Part shown: positions 35,901-48,251 of the stretch, one piece after another
Layout of the letters: every line of letters starts with the position of its first letter
How positions within the stretch are numbered: position 1 is the stretch's first letter
Notes under the pieces: model-generated
Database searches by the model: none
What the model was told of the DNA's origin: nothing
What the model saw: only the letters and a program-made list of their open reading frames with translations
Source: Alloascoidea hylecoeti
Taxonomy: Eukaryota
Length of the DNA: 64,000 bases
Assembly (NCBI GenBank): GCA_001600815.1
Contig: BCKZ01000015.1
Coordinates: 1-64,000, forward strand
Reading direction: 5' to 3'
Position numbers and translations under genes: made by a program

Positions 35901-37752
35901 TGATTCAAATTCACCTTCAAAATCAATAAATAAATTTAATGAGAATGTTGAAAAATCATCTGGTGATGTGATAAAAAATAATAATAATGATAATAATAAT
36001 AATAATTCATTTTCGGATTCCGATTCCGATTCCGATTCAGACTCAGATAGTTTTAACCTTGTTTTTAATCATAGATTACCAAATCATTCTAAGAAAATTT
36101 CTAAAAAACAATCAATTAATACAAAAATAATTGGTTCAAGTTTAAGAACAAATGGTATTAAATCAGAACCTGTTTCAACAATAACACCAAAAAGACGTTT
36201 TAAGAATTTTGAATTTGAAGATAGTGATGATGATGGCACAGAAACAGAAACTGATGATGATTATGATACTGATGTTGGACTTGAAGATAGTTTTAATGTA
36301 ATTACTGGTGGTAGAGGACGATTAATTATTGAAGATAATGATAAAGTTAAAGTTGAAATGGAAATTGATAGTGAGAATGATAGTGAAAATGATAGCGAAA
36401 ATGATGAAGATGATGAAATTGGTGGGTTAGAATTAAGTGCAATTTCAAGATTTTCAAGAGGTCGTGAAAGAAGTCAAATTAAAGCTGATTCATCATCTGG
36501 TAATGTTAATGATATTATTGAAAATGTTATAAAGAATGATATTGATAATAATAATTCAAGTAATGATTTAACTGATACCACAACAACTACAACTACTATT
36601 AATGATCCTAAAGAAGATAATAATTCAAATAATAATGTTAAGAACAAAGTTGAAGGAGGAAATAATAATGATAATGATGATGGTGATAAGGTTATACCCA
36701 ATTCATCACTTAGTATAACATCACGTACAACATCAAAACAATCAACTTCATCAAATACAATAGCAACATCAGGTACAACAATAACTTCAACATGTACTTC
36801 AACTGTTTCAATAAATGACCATGATGAGAAATTTAATAATGATAAATCATCAACTTTGGAAAATACACCACAAACAATAAGAGCTGATAATTCTCAGTCA
36901 ATAATGAAAAATTCAAATGATCATGTTAGTGTTAATGCTTTACATCTTGAAGATTTAGAATTAGAAGATATACCAAATGATTTAGTATCTGTTTTGGGGA
37001 CATCTACAATAGCAGACAGTAATGCTACTATTAAATTGATTAATACATCAAAGACAGATAGTACGATTAGATTAGTTAATCCAATTGAGGTTTTAAATTC
37101 TGATTTTGATTCAAATTTCGAAAATTTAAAAGATCTAGAAATTATTAATGATAATACTCCTTTAGTTGATAATAATATTATCAATACATTACCAGAAAAT
37201 AAAAATATTCAATCAAAATCAGAAAATAATAAAATGATCATCAATAACGTTTATCAATTTCCAAAAGTTAATGATATCTATAATAATTGTGATGAACCCC
37301 CAACTGCATTTGAATTATCAAAAACTACAAATAATTATACAATAATTAATGATAATCAAGAATATAAAAAATTTAATAATGATTATGATGAAGAACAGGA
37401 TTCTAATAATTTAATTCCATTTAAATCACCATTACCAGTAATTCATGAGAGGGAAAAATTATTATTACCAATTGATGCAAACAAAAATTATTATTTTATT
37501 AATCATTATAATAAAAGTAATTTTAAAAATTTAGAAAAGATTTTATATCCTGATGCAAAAACTTATATTAGTGATTTTAATAATAATATTATTAATAAAA
37601 AAGGAGAAGAAAAGAATAAATGTTCAAATTTTAGTGAATTTCAACAATTCCAGAAACAAGAAGAGATTAAACAAATTAAAAATAAAATATTACATCGCAG
37701 AAGTAATAGTATTACTTTGGGGATTTTAAGTAGGGATAAGAAAAAGAGATAA
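32938..37752 (+). CDS. SAK1: Snf1-activating kinase, Sak1/Tos3 (CaMKK-like) family, with a long low-complexity tail
   Basis: VKETSH, IGKGAHGKV, EIAIMKKCHHKNV, LEYLHYQGIIHRDIKPENLL, KISDFGVS, ELAKTAGTPAFFAPELC; tail with SN and SD repeats. Confidence 0.85.
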   Translation: MKKEVVLISAYPTPIFQQRYVHEGRRTEARADGSSGSHPGTTEPGSLVHPHRLRDAPSSHDTFLVKETSHINITRDVAGIHLNSYILLKTIGKGAHGKVLLARSESRGLVAIKVVKKSIHKNHLYLSTNNNDKLLTEIAIMKKCHHKNVISLYEVLNDPTTKKLYMILEYMSFGPIQWKYPQNLTLCSKNQGSKIYKYFRDLISGLEYLHYQGIIHRDIKPENLLISSDDVVKISDFGVSYSNDHNGDEKNEYELAKTAGTPAFFAPELCYSDPELRSRFKVGKEIDIWSCGVTLYCLIFGEIPFNAETEYDLFNVIINQELKFPSDEKISNPFIKNSSEDLEMKDLLIKMLEKDLTKRIAISNIKNHLFTLHDLNKNQVLKFLSNNDNNGNGINNLNKISVSRDEINDAVIGIRAKLKQSFKKVVNKVSHKRSKSLSNNQTHHNNSNNTIFRKERENLTSSSTVGFPTSKSYKSLKSVNSTSTSTSTTNSNTNSNSNSNSNSNSNSNSNSNSNSNSNISDKLFQFVSSKTDNNDREKEKEKDRGNFIRDLRHIRSRSATSRNIHPPSPLHSEQPIIKTSSSSSTILSTKTSPIIERERERTKERENYHNKILPISRSTSLLRSRSLSKPKQNSNSNSKIQLNKSHNHSRSHSHFITRSKSRTRSNSRNNDFNFSNNSNSKFEHSRSDHSLKSKFKSKFNITSTQSITNNFDNCTTPTQTTMNDKNINNSLSDNEFDITPKPKPRNLSKSSSISNSKEFIKNEKRLSLPLPLPLPSSTTNNSNHKSFDLKPIISIDSLITPHNNNNLISSSSLSGNENNNHNIINNMNNNSNLSLSIHLSDMESLGTYNSIETNSNSNQQSSINNNNNIHDYGLNRIRTKYSYDSNFSGSISISGSGSGESNFILGDSIHFSKTKKPKSKQSDSISIKSINTNNTNISNNNSGYHESKLPRIASAISNLDMDDNYSIMVVPSSLGLNLSSPLQLQQYPDSNSPSKSINKFNENVEKSSGDVIKNNNNDNNNNNSFSDSDSDSDSDSDSFNLVFNHRLPNHSKKISKKQSINTKIIGSSLRTNGIKSEPVSTITPKRRFKNFEFEDSDDDGTETETDDDYDTDVGLEDSFNVITGGRGRLIIEDNDKVKVEMEIDSENDSENDSENDEDDEIGGLELSAISRFSRGRERSQIKADSSSGNVNDIIENVIKNDIDNNNSSNDLTDTTTTTTTINDPKEDNNSNNNVKNKVEGGNNNDNDDGDKVIPNSSLSITSRTTSKQSTSSNTIATSGTTITSTCTSTVSINDHDEKFNNDKSSTLENTPQTIRADNSQSIMKNSNDHVSVNALHLEDLELEDIPNDLVSVLGTSTIADSNATIKLINTSKTDSTIRLVNPIEVLNSDFDSNFENLKDLEIINDNTPLVDNNIINTLPENKNIQSKSENNKMIINNVYQFPKVNDIYNNCDEPPTAFELSKTTNNYTIINDNQEYKKFNNDYDEEQDSNNLIPFKSPLPVIHEREKLLLPIDANKNYYFINHYNKSNFKNLEKILYPDAKTYISDFNNNIINKKGEEKNKCSNFSEFQQFQKQEEIKQIKNKILHRRSNSITLGILSRDKKKR
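34400..34490 (+). repeat. (TCAAAY)n hexamer repeat encoding (SN)n in the kinase
   Basis: Direct reading. Confidence 0.9.
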
Positions 37753-39399
37753 GAAAGGTAAAAAAGTACTATTTATCCTTTAATTGAAAGGAAGGAGGAG
37801 ATGATTTAACAAGATTAAGTGTGAATGGTCGCTTGCTTTTGATTTATTTGGTAGAAAAAGAAAAAAAAAAGTTTTAAAAGGTTTTATTGTCTTGGTATTG
37901 ATTATTTTTATTTTTGTTTAATTTATATTTGATTTCAGTGCCAAAAAAAAATATTTTTTTATTTTTGATTATATTATAGATTATTTATTTCATTCTATTT
38001 TTTTTTTGTTTTTTTTTTTTTGTTCTATTTTTGATTTTATTATTCTTCACATACACTTTTACTTTTAAATTTTCTTTTTATTTAGTTAATTTCTTAATTA
38101 ATTGCATTTGACTTAAGTTTGATCTCGCGATGTTTTTTTGTTTTTTTTTCATCATCAAGAAGTGGGTTGCCTTTTAAAATTGTTATTTATAAATAGGACG
38201 GGTTCCTTTTTTCATCATCATCAATGTTCATTTTTGATTTTTGATTTTCATTTTCATTTTTATTTTCATTTTCATTTTAGTTCTATTTTCATATATCGTA
38301 GTAGTTGTTTGTGATTATTTAAAAGGAATACTTATATAGGCAACTTATTCATCATCTCTTATTATATTAATATTACTGGCTAGAACTTATATCTTTAATT
38401 GTAATATTAATGATAACTTTGTAAATTTATATTAAACCCTTATACTTAAACTTGCCGGTAATATGTATCTGGCGTCGCCTTAACAAGCGATGAAAAGGTG
38501 ATCATGACCTGATTTTCAATTCAAGCGAAATCAAATATAAATTTAAAATCTTCGGCTCATGTAGAGATTACACTTAAGTTCGGCCATATCCTTAACCAAA
38601 TTTCGGTCGGGATGTTTCATATTAACGGGTCTTATCGGTGATATTCAGTCGATAATTAATAAAAATGGCTAAAATTAAGTGAAGCGACTACATCCCTCTG
38701 AGCAGTCGTCAGGAGGTCATGGACTTTTTGGCGTAATTATAACAGGTTCATCATGGTCGGTCTTTACTATCTATATTTTAGTTTTTGAAAAAAGTTGCTT
38801 TTAGGGAGTCTAGTACATTTGAAATAGCTACACGACAATTGTGTAAGGTGTCGAAACTTTATAAAATTTCGAAATAAAATTAAAAAAAATATAATCCTAT
38901 ATATTTGTATGAATAATCAAGTGAATAATCCAGTGATAACTTCTCTATCCGTACTAAAGGGAATTTTTGGCCCTTGAAATTGATGTTATTTTTTGATCAC
39001 TTGTCCTTCTGTAATCCACGGTGCGATTGAAACAATTGTCGTAGCAATAGTTAAGCTCCTTGCTTAAGGCTTTATCATATTTTCAGGTAACTCACTGATC
39101 AAATTGTGATCTGGTAAGTAAATAAAGTTCATGTCCGATTCAAAGATAGAAACATGCTAAGCGCCGAGGAATTAAACAGTTCAAACATGTGGTATTTTTT
39201 TAAATTGCGAAAGGTAGAAATATTATGTTAAAACGGGGATTTATCGACTATCTTTTTGTAAAATTGAATGTAAGAAAGATCGAGGTGAAAAGATTAGTTT
39301 ATAGGTAATCAAGCTTAGTGTTTAGTTCAAATCCCAATTTAACTGCTCCCCTTATATCTTTCAAGTCATCATTAGGTAGAGAGTTTTTGTTAATACGCA

Positions 39400-40652
39400 T
39401 AGTATCACCATCAATATTTAAACGAGCTAGTATTTTCGAATTAGCAACGGTTGAACAAGTAGGCCATGGTACATCAAATTCCGAATCTCTTCGTTCCAAA
39501 ATTTTAAATTCTTTAAATAATGTTAGATCATTTAAATTCCAAATCTTAATAGTACGATCCTTCTTAACAGAAATCATTTTGTTATCAGCTATAAATAATT
39601 CTGCTAATCCATCACTTTGTTTTTCATCTGATAGAATATTTGCTTTATTTGTTTGTAAATCCAGAAATGTTATTTTGATGTTGTCAGTAACAAATAAGTA
39701 TTGATCATCCTACTCGATTAAATCTAAAATTTTGGATTATTTGACCAGTTTCAGTATTCCAGGCTCTTACAGTGAAACTCCCTGCACTATATAAAATACC
39801 ATTATGAATACAAATATGTGTTCCAGGTATAGTACCATTAAAGTAATCTTCAAATCTTAAACTATGTTGTAAATTAAGATGTAGTTTATATTCTAAATGA
39901 TCAAGGCTTGATTTCAAAATCACAATTTTACCATACACAATATAATTATTGTATAAAATGACACGATTAATTAATGTAGAACTTTGTGTTGAAATTCTCA
40001 GATGATCTATTGGTTTAAAATCTGGTTATTTCCAAATTATACAAACGCTATCATTTGAGCCAGTAACCAGACATTTATCATTAATATCCATACAACTAAA
40101 ACTAACAACATTCAAATGAAATTTGATATTAATTTCTTTTGTTAACTCCAATATTTCTATTTCTGATGGATTTTCTCTTAAAGTCTGAATATTTGGCACA
40201 CCTAATTGTGTTAATATCTCAATATCAGGTTCACCGAGTATTTTTAAACAATGAAAAGTTTCATTATCCCAAATTCTTATCGTAAAATCTGCTGAACCAG
40301 TTACAATTCAATTTTTAAAATATCTAACACAACATGTATTACCGGAATGGCCTGTTAGTTCATACTGTGTAAGATCATCACTTTTCCAATTAAAATCTAA
40401 AAGATATCGTTCTTTATATAATTCATACTAAGAATCAAATTCTGAATCTTCATTATAGTATTTCCATTTTTGAAGTCGAAATTTTGATCTCCATATTACG
40501 TTATTTTTGACTATTTGTCTCCATGATTTAGATACTCTTCTACAAATAATCAAAGCCGTTTTTGGCAAATGTAAGAAGATAATTTCAGATATTTCTTCAG
40601 GAAGATCGGAAACAAAATCGACTGTGGCCTCAATATTTTTGGGTAACAACAT
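39400..40652 (-). pseudogene. Decayed F-box/WD40 paralogue of 14409..15707
   Basis: Near full-length collinearity with in-frame stops TAG (W, ~40429), TGA (W, ~40309) and TAA (L, ~40027), a frameshifting deletion near 39705, and loss of homology after ...LNIDGDT at ~39400. Confidence 0.9.
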
Positions 40653-43017
40653 ATTGTAATTGTTTAAATGTTTGTTGCTTCAATAACAAATGGGAAGAAG
40701 AAAAAAGGGTCATGTCATGGACTTCACTCTTTATTTCTGAGTAATCTGGTGGTATATGTAAAATAATATATCACTTGTATCATAAAAAAATAGAGTTTAC
40801 GTAAGTTCCTTAACCATAATGCAAGGCTAATAAGGTTATGATCTACAGCCATATTATATTAAATAATGATTTAAATCTATTATGTCAATTTTCAAATATG
40901 AAGTTGGCATCTACTTATCTTCAGTGTAGTTGTAAAACAGTATCAAGAGCTTTCAAACTAGTCTGGTAACGTGCGTTTTTTAGACACCTAAATTAGTTAT
41001 AACCAGCCACTAAATATTCCCCAAACTGTTCCTAAAATATTTCATAGTGTTCCATATATATTATAGATTCTATTAGTGTATATAAATTGAGATTGTAAGT
41101 TTAATACTTAGTGTGGCACCCTTAACGCCACAGACGACCCAACCAAAAATGGAGGTCAATCAGGTTATCAATGATATCCTAATCCACTAGTTCTCAGTTT
41201 TTGAAGGAGGCTTAAGTATTAGGTACTTCTTCACCTTTACAACATATTGAAGGCTCATAATCGTAATTTCTGCCATGTGATAAACTTTTATGAAGAGTTC
41301 TGGTACGTATACGCTCAAAAAGGTAGTCACTCCAACACCTCTCACTTCTTCTCACAAAACTAATTCATCGTAATTCTAGGTTTAAGGATAGATATGTTAT
41401 CCAGCTTGAATATGGAACTCTCATAAATTCAATTAAAAGCTTCTTACAAAAGTTCTGTGCAGAAATATGTGGTAGCTCCTTTGAAATTGAAATCACCAAC
41501 CACTCTATACAGTGAATTACGGCTTCCTTTTCCAAATTTCAGTATATACTATGAGACTAACAGATCAAACGTGATGGTTGTAAAATATTCCAATCAAAGG
41601 TTCCAAAATATTAAAATGCCGTATATGAATACATGCATGTAGTGTGTATCATACATATTTCCTGATGTAGTAATCTGTCAGGGTGAATGCATATTATGCA
41701 CAAATGTCAGAAAAGACTTACAGCATAGTATAAATATTGCAATTGCTTTTGTGTAGTAATTATAAGAAATTAGAGATATTGATGAGTATCAGGCGAAATT
41801 ATAGTATCTATTAAAAAACAAGGATTATCAAAAATTTAGGATCAGGCAATTTATCGATTAATGCCTATATGGCCAAGCTGACGAAACTAGTGTGGAGTCC
41901 GAGGCCTTAAACACCTCACTATGGTTATACGTATATAAACTGACCATGAAAGTCAGTTTGTCAATAATTCAGCTAGAGTTATATGAGTACGAAAATGTCT
42001 CTCGATAATTTCGTAGTTACGGCTCGTAGTTACGTAGTATATCACGGTTTTATTATCACCATATGATTATTATTATTATTTAGAGTATTTGTCAGAATAT
42101 TCGAATTCGAAGGGCCTGGTAGTGCAGTCACTGCAGTGGTGTATCTCACAGACTCTCACTGTATTGCTGACTCACAATATATGGTCTGTTAACCTTGAAC
42201 TCCGGTTATATTTAAAAGGAGTTATGAGACAAAAGTACGTAGCTATACCTGAATTAATGGTTATTTTAACTTATTTATAACGTTAATTAGAAGTGGCCTT
42301 GTAAAGTTGTAACTTAAACTTGTAAGATTGTTATAAATGTACAACCAATAAAACTAAAGAAATGTTACAACTACGTTATGTTATGCTAGCTAGCAAATAT
42401 ATACAATTATATTATAGCATATATAAACGCAAATTTTATGTATAAGGAATATAATTTATAATATAATTCATTGCACTGACCACATTTTATAGAATGCTTA
42501 ATACTGCTTACTTCCCCATGGTCAGTTTTAACAATTATTGGATTATTTTATAAAAGAGGAGATGTCTTAAATTCTAACATGATCAACAGCGACAACCCCA
42601 ACTGTCAAGGTTAAGACAGAAACACCAAGTGATTATATAATTACCTACTATATTTTTTCAGAATATAATGCATATGAGGTCTCGGATAAACTATCAAATA
42701 CAAATGTACAATTCTGTACCCCGCGTCATGAAAGACAAAATATTAAAATAATATACTGGTACGGAAACTCAGACGGATGATTATTAAACATAATATCAAA
42801 TTTAAATATATCATGATCAAATAATACACTTCTAAACTCAAGCCTTAACTTATAATATTAATTAAGCGGGTTTTATAAATTATTCAGAATAATTGAAATC
42901 TCAATTGCTTTATAACTTTTAATCAAGCTTAAGCGCCATTTAAGATCTATTATTTTATAATTGATTATAGTACTCCTGGAATTGACGTTTAAGCCAGTTT
43001 TCAAATATAATATAATA

Positions 43018-43021
<4 letters not shown>

Positions 43022-43049
<28 letters not shown>
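43022..43049. repeat. (TA)n microsatellite
   Basis: Direct reading. Confidence 0.95.
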
Positions 43050-43052
<3 letters not shown>

Positions 43053-43577
43053 AACACAGCTGCAGATATATCTATATGATATTAGATATACATATATATT
43101 CTAATAATATTTGCAATTTTAGTGCTAGCTAGTACGTACTACGCAATATCGATATCAATTCATATATCAATATCAATAATGATTACCATACCTGATCATT
43201 ATATGCATATATAACTTATAGACAGGTACCAGTGCTACATATCCAGAGTCATCTATTCATTAATTTATATATAGTATACAATTATAAATGTATATATGCT
43301 AATTATAATTTTACGATAGTATATTGGGACTTGAAAGTATTATTCTATCCTTATATTGAAAGAAGCACAAATATTTTTTATTTGTTTAGGCAATTGTTCC
43401 GATTCGAAGATATTAACTGTGATCGCAATATAACAATATTTTATACATCCTCATATATTCCAATTGCCTAGAAATAGCTGAAAATGATGGAACATAAAAG
43501 ACCTTTATATCCTCTTGAATTTAACTTATTTTATCAAAAGCTTTAAAGCTTCAAAGATTTAATCTGTGATATAACAA

Positions 43578-44896
43578 ATGATTTCAATTCAAAAGATCTT
43601 AGCTCTCGGTACAGCTTTATTTATTGGAACAGCAAGTTCAGCACCAATGTATGTTTAAACTATTTATAGGTATTTAACTCTAATATTTTAACTTTAAACT
43701 AATCTTCCATATTTAGTCAATTACTCAGTCGAGATGACAATTCAACAGAAATAACAAAGGGTGTGAATCTCGGTGGTTGGCTTGTCTTAGAACCATTTAT
43801 AACTCCTTCTTTATTTGAAGATTTTGATGATGTTATTCCGGTTGATGAATATCACTATTGCAAATATTTAGGACAAGAGGAAGCTAAAACTAGATTGACT
43901 AAACATTGGAATTCTTGGATTACAGAAGGTGATTTTTATAAAATTAAAGGATACGGTTTCAATACAGTTAGATTACCAATTGGGTATTGGGCTTTTGAAC
44001 TTGTTGATGATGATCCATTTGTTCAAGGAGCCGCTGAGTATTTAGATAAATCACTTGAATGGGCTAGGTCTGCAGGATTGAAGGTTTGGATTGATCTTCA
44101 TGGACATCGTGGTTCACAAAATGCTTTCGATAATTCTGGTTTAAGAGATGAACATTCATGGTACGATGAAAATGTTACATTATCTCTAAAAGTTGTTAAA
44201 GAAGTTACCGAGAAATATGGGCAATCAAATTATAGTGATGTCGTTTCTGGAATTCAACTTATTAATGAACCTAAAGCTTCATTATATGACATTACGGATA
44301 TTAAGAAATATTTTGAAGATGGTTACGAAATTGTCAGAAATGGTAGTAGTTCTACTCCTGTTATTCTTCAAGATTCCTTCCTTGATGTGGATTACTGGAA
44401 TGACTATATGTCATCTTCTGATTATACAGATGTTGTTATGGATACTCATCAATACCAGTTTGTTACTACAAATAAATCATTAACTATTGATGATTTTGTG
44501 CAGAATGCTTGTGATATTGGTGAATTGATTAAGAATGCCACTCTTAAGACTATAACTGGTGAATGGACTTCAGCAATGACAGACTGTACAAAATGGGTTG
44601 GCGGCGGAGTCGGTCTTGGTCACTATTATGATGGTACCAAAGGAAATGATTCTGCTGTTTATATTGGTAGTTGTGATGAAATCAATAATATTAACGAATG
44701 GAGTGAAGAAAGGAAAGTTAATACTAGAAAGTTTGTTGAGGCTCAAATGGACGCTTATGAGCAAGGTGAAGGTTGGATATTCTGGACATATAGAACAGAA
44801 AGAGCAGTTGAATGGTCAGTTGAAACATTAATTTCCAAGAATTTGTTCCCTCAACCATTAACTGAAAGGAAATATTCAAACCAATGTGGTTACTAA
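43578..44896 (+). CDS. Secreted GH5 exo-beta-1,3-glucanase, Exg1-like (copy A); exons 43578-43648, 43717-44896
   Basis: Signal exon MISIQKILALGTALFIGTASSAPI, intron GTATGT...CTAAT...TAG, GVNLGGWLVLEPFITPSLF, INEP, GEWTSAMTDC, GWIFWT and C-terminal NQCGY. Confidence 0.93.
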
Positions 44897-46879
44897 TAAT
44901 TGCGTCTTTTCACTCATAATTTTATTTTCTGGTCCTTTCACAGCCTTATTTATTCTCTTCTCGTTAGTTGGGTTATATATTGAGCTTATTGCGCTTCTCA
45001 TTTTTGAAGATTAAATACATGTATATCGTCAAATCAATATTAGGATAGCAAAAAGTACATAATTTTAATGATAATGACATGACTACTTTTTAATTTACGG
45101 ATAAAATTTATGTATAATTAGTAGTTTCTATATCGTGTTCTTGAAAAAGTGCTTGTTCTGTTGAAATAAAATTGCTAATTATATTCACATTGGTTGCTCG
45201 TCAATTAATTTTAAATACATCGAAACTCCAAAAGAAATCATTTCTTTGAATTTATGAAAATCAACGAAATAAGAGGTCGGAGTGTTAAGAAAAAGGAGCT
45301 TACAGAGGAGTGTTCAGATAGTATGCTAATTAATATATTATTGCTAATTATAATTTTCCGTATATACTTCTAGAAACCCCGTTTTTTCTTCCTAATATAA
45401 AAAGTAATTTGATGAGAATTTGATTTCAAGATTTAAACCATGTAATATGTATAACAGATTCATGATTATGATATCAACTTTTACAAAAAACGCATATAGT
45501 CAATACATATATAACTTATCTAACGGATAAATTACACAATATTATTCACTAGCTATTGCAAGGTTTTTATTATTATTTCTAACCCACGCTTAATAATTAG
45601 CGCTGATTTTTTTCCCTCGGGGTTATCACACTCTATAACTTAGACGTATATTTTTTGTTATATTATTGCATATAAATATGTATAATATTATAAAAGATTA
45701 TATGTTTAAGAAGCCTATAGGTAAATTTAAAGTTATGTCTAGATCTAGCTAGATCTTAAGCTTAGTTTATCATTTTTAATGGTCAATTGCATATAATATT
45801 ATTTCAAGTACTAACTATAACTATACTACTGTCATAGTATAGAGCTTACTTCATATTAATGGTCTTTGAATTTTCAATTCATGATCTTAAATTTTAAATA
45901 GAAAGAAATTGTTGAATATTGGCACTCTTGGGCAGTCAATAAGGAGTGTGACTTTTTGGCGTAACTGGTTCCAACATGCACTTTAACGCATATAACTTAT
46001 ATCACCAGTAGGATCAGTTGATTCAAATGAGTCTGGGAAACGTTGTAGTGATACATACATATAAATAGTTAATTTTGTTTCACTTTTAAATTTATAAAAA
46101 TGTTTTTCAAGCAGTGATTATAATATAATTATTTGATCAAATTTAGAAAGCAGAAAGTTCCATTCTAATTTGATTATAATAATATAATAATTACATAATT
46201 CATCGGTTTCCTTATAATTAGTTATATAATATACAACTTAAGTTTAATTAAGTCAGTTCCAATAGTTCTTTAGTATTTCATGTGACTTCAACTAGCTATA
46301 TATACATGTATATATAGTATACCACCCGGAACAAAAAATGTTCAGACCTGAATCTTTAGCTATCCATATATATTTTTAGTAGATGGCTATGGTTAAATCG
46401 GAAAAGGATTTTAAATATTTTTTAATTCGGATTTTTTAAAATTAAAAATATAGTCACGAGTTAAGTGTTAGTTTAATCATCTTCAATAAATATTTGTGTT
46501 AGAATTAACTGCATTCGCAATGCTCGATATCGATTGTAATTGTTATAATAAACATACACCTTATAATACATAAATCAATATAATCTATATATGATCATGA
46601 TTAATTATATATATATAGTAATTAATGATATGATTGTGCTTACTTAAAATTGCAATTAGAATATCAATACAGATGATTTAATCCTTAAAGATGAACTTTT
46701 AATATTATTTATATTATTTACATTTAGTATTTAAAAATCAGTATTCCTCTCAAAGTTTTAGCTTTTCATATATATCATTAACAGATTATAGCCTTTGTCT
46801 GACTTTTATAATTGACTATCGCATATACAATATTCAATTTACATTTAAGTTCAAAAAAATATTTAAAAAAATTCACAAT

Positions 46880-48214
46880 ATGCATATGTCAATTAACTTT
46901 AAGAAAATAATAGCTATTGGAATTGCATTGCTAATTGGAATAGCAGATTCGGCACCAATGTAAGTTTGGAATTACTTCACTTACAGTTACGTACAGAATA
47001 TAAGTTAATGTTTTCATCTTTGATCTTTTAGTCAAGTGTTCAAACGCAATGATATTTCGGCCAATGTGACAAGGGGGGTAAATCTTGGTGGTTGGTTTGT
47101 CTTGGAGCCATGGATCACTCCTTCTTTGTTTGAAGCTTTCAATGATACTGTTCCAGTTGATGAATATCATTTATGTGAATATTTAGGGGAAGAAGAAGCA
47201 AAAATTGTGATGAATAAACATTGGGATACATTTTATAGACAAAGTGATTTTTATAGAATTGCAGAATATGGATTTAATACAGTTAGAATACCAATTGGAT
47301 ATTGGGCATTCGAACTTCGTGATACTGATCCATTTATCCAAGGTGCTGCTGATTATTTGGACAAGGCACTTGAATGGTCTAGGGATGCAGGGTTAAAGGT
47401 TTGGATCGATGTTCATGGTCAACCTGGTTCTCAAAATGGCTATGATAATTCGGGTCTTAGGGATGTTCGTGAATGGTATGGAGATAATATGACGTTATCA
47501 GTAAAGGTTTTAACAGAGATTGCAGAAAAATATGGACAATCTGATTATGAAGATGTTGTTGCTGGCATCGAACTCGTTAATGAACCANATGCNANATATT
47601 ATGGTGCTGACTACCTTAAATCATTTTATGAAGATAGCTATGATGCTATCAGAAATGTTTCTAACGCTACAATTATACTTCATGATGGTTATTTATACTC
47701 TTATGGAGATAATTACACCTTTTACTGGAATGATTATATGTCTTCTCCTGAATATACTAATGTTATTATGGACACCCATAGATATCAAACAAATAAATCA
47801 TTAACTATTGATGGCTTTGTTGAAAATGCTTGCCAAGCAGGTAGAGATATTAAGAATTTGACTCTCACAACTATTACTGGTGAGTGGTCTGCTGCAATGA
47901 CCGATTGCACAAGATGGATTGGTGGTGTTGGTATTGGCAGTCTTCATGATGGTACGAAGGGAGGTAATGCTGCTGCTTACATAGGCAGTTGTGCGCGAAT
48001 TAATGATATATTTGAATGGAGTGAGGAAAAGAAAATCAATACTAGAAAGTTTGTTGAAGCACAAATGGATGCTTATGAACAAGGTGCTGGATGGATATTT
48101 TGGACATTCAAAACCGAACGTTCAGCTGAATGGACTATTGATACATTGATAGAATATGATTTATTTCCACAACCACTAACAGATCGTAAATACCCAAATC
48201 AATGTGGTTATTAA
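46880..48214 (+). CDS. Secreted GH5 exo-beta-1,3-glucanase, Exg1-like (copy B); exons 46880-46959, 47032-48214
   Basis: Signal exon ...KKIIAIGIALLIGIADSAPI with the intron at the same phase-2 position as copy A; VNEP and [10 protein letters not shown] catalytic motifs; three N bases just after NEP. Confidence 0.9.
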
Positions 48215-48251
48215 TTGCGTTTATAGTTTAAATATGAGAGCCACTTTTTTT
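47064..48251 (+). repeat. Left arm of a ~1.19 kb near-identical inverted repeat (partner 53802..54998)
   Basis: Covers the mature catalytic domain of copy B plus ~37 bp of 3' flank (ttgcgtttatagtttaaatatgagagccacttttt); the reverse complement recurs at 53802..54998. Confidence 0.92.

Noticed and set aside
39400..40652. In-frame TAG/TGA at Trp positions suggesting stop-codon recoding
   Set aside because: The same copy also has a TAA at a Leu position, a frameshift and a broken 3' end, and intact genes use TAG and TGA as normal stops, so it is a pseudogene.
41110..41640. Minus-strand VVGDFN peptide reminiscent of a LINE APE endonuclease
   Set aside because: A single short motif amid many stops, with no other APE or RT motifs recognisable.
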